Of a stretch of DNA of 64,000 nucleotides, positions 50,591-64,000 are shown piece by piece. The first letter of the stretch is position 1. The number at the start of each line of letters is the position of its first letter. This DNA is from the human T2T-CHM13v2.0 reference genome, Homo sapiens. The notes under the pieces are model-generated. The model made no database searches and was not told the DNA's origin. It saw nothing but the letters and a program-made list of their open reading frames with translations. The stretch lies in assembly GCF_009914755.1 (NCBI RefSeq), contig NC_060943.1. One strand, written 5' to 3'. The position numbers and the translations under genes were made by a program.

Positions 50591-50770
50591 AATAAAAAGG
50601 GGCCTTCCCCTTTAGAATAAATTTCAGCATGTGCTTTCTTTATGGGAGTCCTAATTTCAACCCTACCAAAATGATCACAAGACACTATCTGAGGTGTCCC
50701 ATTCTAGAAATAGACCCCTCAAAATAGCGTCTTTCAGATCTTTTTGAATGAATCCACAAGATGAAATAAA
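50591..50770 (+). terminator. SPINT2: SPINT2 polyadenylation signals (AATAAA at 50591, 50616, 50765)
   Basis: Canonical hexamers ~415-590 nt after the stop; TGTA just upstream at 50580. Confidence 0.85.
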
Positions 50771-51870
50771 TGTCCTATTACTGAGTGCCCGTGAACTTTC
50801 GCCAAACCACACTTAGCCTCACCACCTGTGAACACTGATATTTTATTACTCTATTTCACTTTTTAAAACTTCTGGCTACAACCCTCTGAACTGATCTTGA
50901 TGTCCCACTATAGACTGTAGCCCACACCTTGAAGCACTGCCCTCGAGGGCGCAGGAGGGGCGCATGCTGTCCAGGGAGGACCAAGACCTTCCGGGGTTGG
51001 AGGGGCTTAACCGAGTCCTTGTGGCGTCCATGACGCTTCTCCTCTCGTGGTTCTGTGCTCTCTGCATCTTGAAGGGGTGGTGGGAGGGCGCTCTAGGTCA
51101 GGCCTTGCACCGCCTGCCCTGGGCTTTTCTGTCAAGTCTCCAACACACCCCTGTGTGGGAACGGGGACAGAGAACTGCCCGGCTGAATTTGGCCTTCAGG
51201 CCCAATCCTGCTGCCTCCTGTGGGTGTTCCTTTCCTGACACTAGACTCTAGAAGCCCCTTTCCTCCCTCCTCTATTCCAACAAGGAGGTCCTGGGGTACA
51301 GGCATCTGGGCGCCCCATGAGGTCCGGCAAGCAGCTGGACTCTACCTGCCTCAGAGACACAGGAGGAGTGGCCAGGTGCAGTGCCACAGGCCAGACTGCT
51401 TTCGACTGCTTGGAACCAAAGAACTTCCATGTCTTTCCCTTGGCCCTTCCTAGAAATCCCTTAGGGCTTAAAACTCTCTTCCAGAAGCAAGTTGGGCAAA
51501 TAGCTCATCTGCTCCTGCCCCGCCTCCCTCACAGCAGATGCCGCAAAGGGATCCTGGTGTCCTCCCAGCTGATCCCCGCATGCCTCAGCCCACTCTCCAG
51601 TGGTCATTGCAGCTGGCTCGGGGTTGGTGAACAAGTGGAATCTACTTACCACGTCCCAGACAAATCAGACACACAGGGGTCTGGGCGAGCCTGTGGTCCA
51701 GGGAAAGAGGGCCTGGGAGTTGGGCAGAGCCTCTCCACCTGCAGCGCTCTGTGTGTGGCAGTGGGCGCGGCCCCTAACCCCTGCAAGCCTGCAGAGTCTG
51801 CACATGCACCTCTGCCCAGCAGGAGTCTTTCTCCACCAACTCCAATATGGACTGTCTCCTATCTCAGTCA

Positions 51871-52261
<391 letters not shown>

Positions 52262-52714
52262 TTAGATGAAGGGAATTCTCTGAAGCCCAGTTGAGCTTCT
52301 GTAGGTTTCTAATACAATGAGCCTTTATATGTTTCTAGTGCAGAAGCTGCTGCTCTGTGACCCACTTCTCCTGCCTAAACCTGCCCCTTCTCACGGCAAG
52401 GGAGGCCTCAGCCCCTCCGCTCCTGGCAGCTCAACTCCATCCGGGCCTCTGGACTCTTTCCAGGGCGACTGGTGGGCCTCACCACAGCAGACACTCTTCA
52501 GGCTGCTGCCGCCGTGGCCCTTGAAGCTCAGCTGTGTCATGTGTTCAATTCTTGGGGCATTTTACGGCCTGACAAAGGCCCTCTTTTTGTTGGAAAGGCC
52601 ACCCAACAGTGGGTCAGTGGCCTCGGCATTCAGTGGCCACTTCACATCTCTGTCTCCCTCGGGTTGCTGGCACCATTGAGAGGTGGAATGGGCTTTATAA
52701 AAAATCAACTCATT

Positions 52715-52803
52715 GCTGGTCCAAGTGCAGTAGTGTAACAAGTAATTGATCACAACCAGTTACAGAGTTCTTTGTTCCTTCTGCTGCTTTCCTTGACCAG
52801 CCT
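52715..52803 (+). pseudogene. Y RNA (hY3-like) retropseudogene
   Basis: gctggtccaagtgcagtagtgtaacaagtaattgatcacaaccagttacagagttctttgttccttct...cttgaccagcct matches RNY3; short A tail; TSD aaaaaatca(a/g)ctca at 52699-52712 and 52807-52820. Confidence 0.92.
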
Positions 52804-53098
52804 GAAAAAAAATCAGCTCACCGAAAATCAGCTCAGAGCTTCTCACTATCTCTTCCCCTGGTCCACAAGCTTGAGGAAGGCAGACAGTGTGGCTGTCCCT
52901 AGAAAGGGTTCCCCTGGGCCATCTCCTGGGTAAAGATCAGGACAAAGGGCTCGGCGGTTATACAGACCCATAAACATTAGGGGCCGGTGCAGTGGCTCAT
53001 GCCTCTAATCCCAGCACTTTGGGAGGCTGAGGCAGGTTTATCACTTGAATCCGGAAGTTCGAGGCTAGCCTGGGCAACGTGGCAAAACCCCATCTCTA

Positions 53099-53633
<535 letters not shown>

Positions 53634-53667
53634 TCACAAGGTCAGGAGATCGAGACCATCCTGGCTA

Positions 53668-54154
<487 letters not shown>

Positions 54155-55437
54155 CTAAATTTGTAAAAATGCCCATGTTCCATTCACATCGGACTCTTCC
54201 AAAAACAAGTCTGGGTGTGAGTAGATGTTGAAAGAAGAAGTGAAGCGGTACTTCCGGGGTGGGATACAGACTGATTTCATGTCCTTGGAGGGAGACCAAC
54301 AACCTGGCACCTGAGGAGGGAACACCTTAGACCCCAGGAGGTGGGGGGAGAGGGGTGGGGAGGGTGCAATCAGTCCTCCCTCTGGCCTCCAGACCCAGCA
54401 CCGCTGCTTGGCCAGACTGTCACCTGATCCTCCCAAGTCCAGCAGCATCTGCAGCTGCTATTCTGACCCACTATAAAAACACACCTGTAAGCTGGGCGCA
54501 GTGGCTCATGCTTGTAATCCCAGCATTTTGGGAAGCCCAGCACTTTGGGAAGCCAAGGCGGGCAGATCACTTGAAGTCAGGAGTTCCAGACCAGCCTGGC
54601 CAACATAGTGAAACCCCATCTCTACTAAAAATACAAAAATTAGCTGGGCGTGGTGGTGCATGCCTGTTGTCCCAGCTACTCGGGAGGTGGAGGCACGACA
54701 ATTGCTTGAACCTGGGAGGCAGAGGTTGCAGCAAGCGGAGATTGTACCACTGGCACCCCAGCCTGGGCGACAGAGTGGGACTCTGTCTCAAAAAAAAAAA
54801 AAAGAAAAACCCCACACTTGTAGACATGGCCAGTCTAGAGCCATTCTGCACCTGAAGCCATCAATGGCAGCTCCTGAATGTGGGGCCCCCTCCCCCAACA
54901 CACAAGATGTTTCTAAACGTAGGGACAGGCCCAGCCTTGTTCCAGTCTGGCTGGTACAAAATCATAGGCTTCTGATGCCCAAGGAGCTCTGAGCTCTACC
55001 CCACGTAGTCATTGAGCCTGCAGCTCAGTAGCACTGCCCATGGGGCTTAACCAAACCAATGCTGTGGTGTTCCAAGTGACGTTTCCCAATTCCTGCCTGG
55101 GCACAGTACTCACGCCTGTAATCCCAGCACTTTGGGAGGCTGAGATGGAAAAATCGTTTGAGCCTGGGAGGTCAAGGCTGCAGTGAACCATGCTCACAAT
55201 GCTACCACTGCACTCCAGCCTGGGCAACAGAGCAAAACAAGACCCCATCTCTAAAAACAAAAACAGAAAAATTCCTGAGCTGGGCACCCTGGACCCCTCA
55301 GGTTGTGTGTTTGCATGTGGGAAGGTGGCCCACAGAATGTCTCTCCTCTGGGGAGGAGGTTGTTTTTTGGGTTTGTAATGACAGGCAATGACACCAAAGA
55401 TCAGATCAGACTTGACTCCCTTGTGTGAATCCTAGTG

Positions 55438-56077
55438 AAGTGCTCCCAAACCTTTCTGGCACCAAGGACTGGTTTTGTGGAAGACAGTTTTTCCACAGAC
55501 CAGGGTGGTGGGGGGTAGGGGGTGGTTTCATGATGAAACTTCTACCTCAGATCATCAGGCATTAGATTCTCATAAGGAAGCTGGGTGCATTGGCTCACAC
55601 CTGTAATCCCAGCACTTTGGGAGGCTGAGGTGGGTGGATCACTTGAGGTCAGGAGTTGGAGACCAGCCCGGCCAACATGGCGAAACCCTGTCTCTACCAA
55701 AAATACAAAAATTAGTTGGGTGTGGTGATGCACACCTGTAATCCCAGCTACTCGGGAGGCTGAGGCATGAGAATCACTTGAACCCAGGAGGCGGAGGTTG
55801 CAGTAAGCAGAGATCATACCACTGTACTCCAGCCTGGGCAACAGAGTGAGACTGTGTCTCAAAAAAAAAAAAAGATTCTCATAAGGAGCATACAACCTAG
55901 ATCCTTCGCATGCACAGTTCACTATAGGGTTTGCACTCCTATGAGAATCTGATGCTGCTGCTGATCTGACAGGAGGCGGAGCTCAGGCAGTGATGGTCAC
56001 TCGCCTCCTGTGCATCTGGGTTCCTAACAGGCTGGGGACCGGTACTGGTCTGTGGCCTGGGGGTTTGGGGACCCCTG
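55438..56077 (+). mobile_element. MER1B-like hAT-Charlie non-autonomous DNA transposon with an Alu inserted
   Basis: MER1-type body and terminus ...gggtttggggacccctg; 8-bp TSD tcctagtg at 55430-55437 and 56078-56085; internal Alu flanked by TSD agattctcataagga. Confidence 0.88.
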
Positions 56078-57585
56078 TCCTAGTGAATAGGAGACTGTGT
56101 CTGGGATGTCTGAAGTAAGACCTGGTGGTCCCCTCGCCCCTGGAACCTGGCGGCATGGTTGAGGTTAATGCTGCAGATTGGAGTCCAGTTGATCATAGAT
56201 GCTTAATGAGATGCTGTATGAAACAACACATTTGGCCCCAGCCTCTGTTGGTCAGATTCATCAGAGTGGAAGCAGAATGACACATTCATTCAATTTATCA
56301 GCAGCTAAGGTGGTAGAGGGGAGTCTCTCATTCCTACAGGTCTTGCTGAATGTACCAGGAATGCATGACCCTGATAGCTCTCTCCCTTGGTTTTATTTTT
56401 TTTTTCTTTCTTTCTTTCGAGACAGAGTTTCACTGTGTCACCTAGGCTGGACTACAGTGGCACAATCTGAGCTCACTGCAACCTCTGCCTCCCAGGTTCA
56501 AGTGATTCTCTTGCCTCAGCCTCCTAAGTAGCTGGGATTATAAGGGACACACCACCAGGCTCGGCTAATTTTTGTATTTTTAGTAGAGATGGGGTTTCGC
56601 CACGTTGGCCAAACTGGTCTCAAACTCCTGACCTCAAGTGATTGACCTGCCTCGGCCTCCCAAAGTGCTGGGATTACAGGCGTGAGCCACCACGCCTGGC
56701 CTCCCTTGGTCATTTCTTACGGTTGTGTTTGCAGCAAGCACGTTGAGGGGTGAGGGCAGGCTGCGTATAGCCAGGCAGGTCCCCAAGCTTAGCATGCCTC
56801 TTTCGTAACAACCCACTCCCTGTGCAGGTGTCCATCTGGGTCCCCGGCTCTGCCTCTACAGCCCAGGGGAATCCCACACATGGTGGCGTCTGTGCTGCTT
56901 CGTGCGAGCAGGAAAGCCTTTGTCTCTGACCCTGGAGTCTCGAGACTTCTCCCAGCATTTTTGAAACAGTAAGAGGCTCACATACTAGCCTGTTAAGTGG
57001 AATCATATCAAATCCCAGACCCAGCAGTCAGCTGGGTGGAGGCCAAGCCTGGGCCTTTCCAGCTGGGTTGTCAGCCCCTTGGCACTTCCCACGGACGGTC
57101 CGTCGAGATTTCCTGACGATCAGGATCCCAGAACATCAAGGACCAGAGCAAGACTGACTGTGGTCAGAGGTTCCAGTCCAGAGCTTTCGTCTTCTGGGAA
57201 AGGAAACTGGGTCCCTGCATACTGTGTGCTTAAGGTCATCTGTCTCCCAAGATGTGGTTGATTTCAAAGAAAACATTCAGGAACAGGGATTATGGTGTTT
57301 ACAGAACCAAGGCACTATATTCCTGTGAGCTTCAGGAAAGAAACCAAACCAGCCTTGCTGCAGCCGCTTTTCCAGTCCACCCATCAGCCCTTGGGCATGC
57401 AGGAGTGTGAGACCTGCCGGGAGGGCTAGACAGTGCCCTTCTTGGTCCCACACCGTCTTGCCTTCCCAACGCAGTTAAATTGACATCCAGAAATCTTCCT
57501 AAATTGCAGAGATTAAGTAAAAGCTTTCAGGGTTAGAGTGTCCCTCGGAAGGATGGCTGCTGGTGAAATGTTAGAGAAGGGGTAA

Positions 57586-58228
<643 letters not shown>

Positions 58229-59200
58229 TGAGGTAGGAGGATCCCTTGAGCCCAGGAGGTTGAGGCTACAGTGAGCTATGATCATACCACTGCACTCCAG
58301 CCTGGGTGACAGAGCAAGACCCTGCCTCAAAAAAAAAAAAAAAAAAAAGTTACTGGGTGCGGTGGCTCATGCCTGTAATCCCAGGACTTTGGGAGGCCAG
58401 GGTGGGCAGATCACGAGGTCAGGACATCGAGACCATCCTGGCTAACACAGTGAAACCCCGTCTCTACTAAAAATACAAAAAATTAGCTGGGTGTGGTGGC
58501 GTGTGCCTGTAATCTCAGCTACTCGGGAGGCTGAGGCAGGAGAATCGCTTGAACCAGGGAGTTGGAGGTTGCATTGCAGTGAGCCGAGATCAGGCCACTG
58601 CACTCTAGCCCGGTGACAGAGCAAGACTCCGTCTCAAAAAAAAAAAAAAAAAAAATAGAAGAAGAAAACAAAAACTAACATTGATTGAGCATCAGTTTAA
58701 CTTGTGCCAGGCAGGTTCTGTGCAAAACCATTTCCTAGATGAGATAAGTTTTCCTTTTTACAGACGAGGAAGCAGTAGTCCAGAGTGGCTAGCTGATTTG
58801 TCCACAAAGCAGTAAGCGGTAGAGCGACTGACCTCCAGGACCCAAACTTGCAGCCCCTCTGTGCCGGTGGTGACTCACCCTTAGCACAGTACCTGGCAGC
58901 AGGCGATGCCACCTGTTCACTAAGGCATGGCGAGCAGCACCTCTGAGTCACACCATTCTGGGTGGTGCACAAAGCAGATGAGTTCTCACCCTCATGGAAT
59001 GCGCACTCTGCCTCGAGAGACGGACACTTTCTCTCATATCCTGCGTCCAGTTGCAGGCAAAGCCACAATCATTGCTCACCTCCCAGTCACACTCAGGGTA
59101 AAGAGCAAAGGTCTTTGATTTACAAGTCCACACCCGCCACCCGCCTCTCCTCCCCTCTCCCTCATCTGCCTCTCTCCTTCTGCTCTCTCTGCCACTCTGA

Positions 59201-59563
<363 letters not shown>

Positions 59564-59566
59564 TGA

Positions 59567-59838
<272 letters not shown>

Positions 59839-60191
59839 TAAGTTGGCCAGGATGGTCTCGATTTCCTGACCTCGTGATCTGCCTGCCTCGGCCTCCCAAA
59901 GTGCTGGGATTACAGGCATGAGCCACTGCACCCGGCCCACATACTACATTTTCTATCCACTCACCAGTTGATGAAGACTTAATTTGTTTCCAGTTTTCTT
60001 TTTTCTTTTTTTTGAGATGGGATCTCCCTGTATTGCCCAGGTTGGTCTTGAACTCCTGGGCTCAAGTGATCCTCCCACCTAAGCCTCCCAAAGTGCTGGG
60101 ATTTGTTTCCGGTTTTTTTCCTACTATGCTATACTTTTGACTTTGTTTCCCTGACTAGGATGTCAATTCCGTGAGGCTGGATTTTTGCTGA

Positions 60192-60438
<247 letters not shown>

Positions 60439-60515
60439 TAGGCTGGTCTCAAACTCCTAACCTCAGGTGATCCGCCTGCCTCAGCCTCCCAAAGTGCTGG
60501 GAATTACAGGTGTGA

Positions 60516-60704
<189 letters not shown>

Positions 60705-60896
60705 TAGAGATGGTCTCAGTATGTTGCCCAGGCTGATTTCAAACTCTTGGGCCCAAGTGATCCTCCTGCCTTGCTTCCCTCCCAAAGTGCTAGGATTACA
60801 GGCATGAACCACTTCACCTGGCCCATGCTATATGTTTGCCCCTCGTCTTCTTACCTACTCCCTCAGTTTTCTCATCTGTGAAGCAGGGGTTGGAAC

Positions 60897-61960
<1,064 letters not shown>

Positions 61961-62199
61961 CCCTCACCCCTCAGACGCTGCTCACCAAGCCGGAGGGGCT
62001 GTGGGAGCGAGTTAGAACACGGGACGCCCCTGGCAGCAGCGCCCTGCGTGTTAAAGCGCCGCGGAGGAAGCTGTATTGTCGCGGTACGCAGGAAGGCAGG
62101 GGCAGCACCTCCCTCTTCAAGAACGAGCATCTGAGCTTTTGGGGGAAACCTGTAGCTCCCCGAATGCCATCCACAGAGCCCCCCTCAGTCGGCCTCCCC

Positions 62200-63130
<931 letters not shown>

Positions 63131-63149
63131 AGGGCCCTGGACAGGGCTC

Positions 63150-63155
63150 ATTAAA
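63150..63155 (+). terminator. C19orf33: C19orf33 polyadenylation signal ATTAAA
   Basis: Common variant hexamer ~20 nt after the stop. Confidence 0.8.
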
Positions 63156-63295
63156 CCTTCCTCTCTGCCTTCTGCGACTGGTCAGCGTGGTGCCTACTCT
63201 GGCCCGTCCCCAGCTCCCTGCCCCCTGCCCAGCGCTGGGCCCGCCCATTCGTGCGCGAGGCCAAGGAGAGGCTGTCCACGCCATGCCCATCAGGG

Positions 63296-63301
63296 TTTAT
63301 T
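63296..63301 (-). terminator. YIF1B: YIF1B proximal polyadenylation signal AATAAA
   Basis: tttatt on +, ~217 nt past the YIF1B stop. Confidence 0.8.
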
Positions 63302-63478
63302 GTTTCTGTAACAGCGGCCACGCCCTGGGGCGGTGGCCTGTGCAGCTGGAGATCTCTCAGCACCTTGGGTTGGGGGCGGGGCTGGGCGGGACATGGGATG
63401 GAGGCGGTGCCTGTGGCCAGACAGGGTGGACCTTGGGGCCTGCAGGCAGGAGATGAGTTCGGCGGCCACAGTGGCCCC

Positions 63479-63496
63479 CAGCAGCAGCAGCAGCAG
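63479..63496 (-). repeat. (CTG)6 in YIF1B 3' UTR
   Basis: (CAG)6 on + strand. Confidence 0.9.
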
Positions 63497-63517
63497 CGGG
63501 AGGTTCAGCGGGCGCGC

Positions 63518-63673
63518 TCACCGCACCAGGTGGAAGGTGAGCCAGTACATGAGCATAGGCTGCGCCGCCGCCACCGCCATGGTCAGGTACATGCGCAGCT
63601 GGTTCCGGGCCCCACGCACCGGGACCCCCTCAGCTGCTGCGTCTGCCAAGATCTTCAGCCGCAGCGTCCGGAT
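63518..63673 (-). CDS. YIF1B: YIF1B last coding exon: [51 protein letters not shown]
   Basis: Yif1-family C-terminus; acceptor ctctctttcccacccag on minus; TGA at 63518-63520; the gene continues beyond the window. Confidence 0.93.
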   Translation of the reverse strand: MRTLRLKILADAAAEGVPVRGARNQLRMYLTMAVAAAQPMLMYWLTFHLVR

Positions 63674-64000
63674 CTGGGTGGGAAAGAGAGAGAGGAACCA
63701 AGGGATTTACCCTTGAGCCCTCTGGGCCAGAGTGAGAGCCCGGACATACTTCCAGCCTCTGCCTAGAAGCCCCAGGCAGCTGGGGACAAGTCCCTGGCCC
63801 TCTGCAGCCTCAGGTTTCTGCTCCCGGGGCCTCAGTTTCCCCAAACCTCCTAACATGGTGAGGATTTGCTTCTCCCCGGGCCCTGTGGGCAAAATCTGAG
63901 AAGGTTCCATACTCAAATGCCAGGCAAGGTCTTGGAGCGGGTGAAGGGGGACTTCCCGGTGGACACCCGGCCTGAGGGGGTGGGAGACGTGGCCCAGGAT

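Overview
Human (primate) genomic DNA, very Alu-dense. I recognise it from the encoded proteins as the chr19q13.2 PPP1R14A-SPINT2-C19orf33-YIF1B locus. It contains complete PPP1R14A (CPI-17; minus strand, 4 coding exons, 147 aa), complete SPINT2 (HAI-2/placental bikunin; plus, 7 coding exons, 252 aa), complete C19orf33 (IMUP/H2RSP; plus, 4 exons, 106 aa, plus an 85-aa alternative-acceptor form) and the last coding exon and 3' UTR of YIF1B (minus). Exon boundaries were read by hand from GT-AG sites, and the lengths add up to the expected proteins. The remainder is Alu, L1, L2, MIR, MLT1-type LTR, MER1-type hAT and Tigger-like remnants, plus a Y3 RNA retropseudogene. Nearly all other ORFs in the track are Alu or GC-rich artefacts. 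I cannot demonstrate a wholly new biological system. The best leads are: (i) every SPINT2 intron and C19orf33 intron 1 are phase 1, so read-through splicing gives in-frame, TM-less Kunitz/Lys-tail fusions, and C19orf33 may also lie under an antisense YIF1B 3' UTR; (ii) a perfect 17-bp palindrome with three TEAD motifs and a duplicated ATF4/CEBP element between the divergent promoters; (iii) a ~640-bp inversion readable from a split Alu/L1; (iv) a CTCF-motif CpG-rich islet with a splice donor at ~2.2 kb. Repeat boundaries and subfamily names are approximate because no RepeatMasker run was possible.
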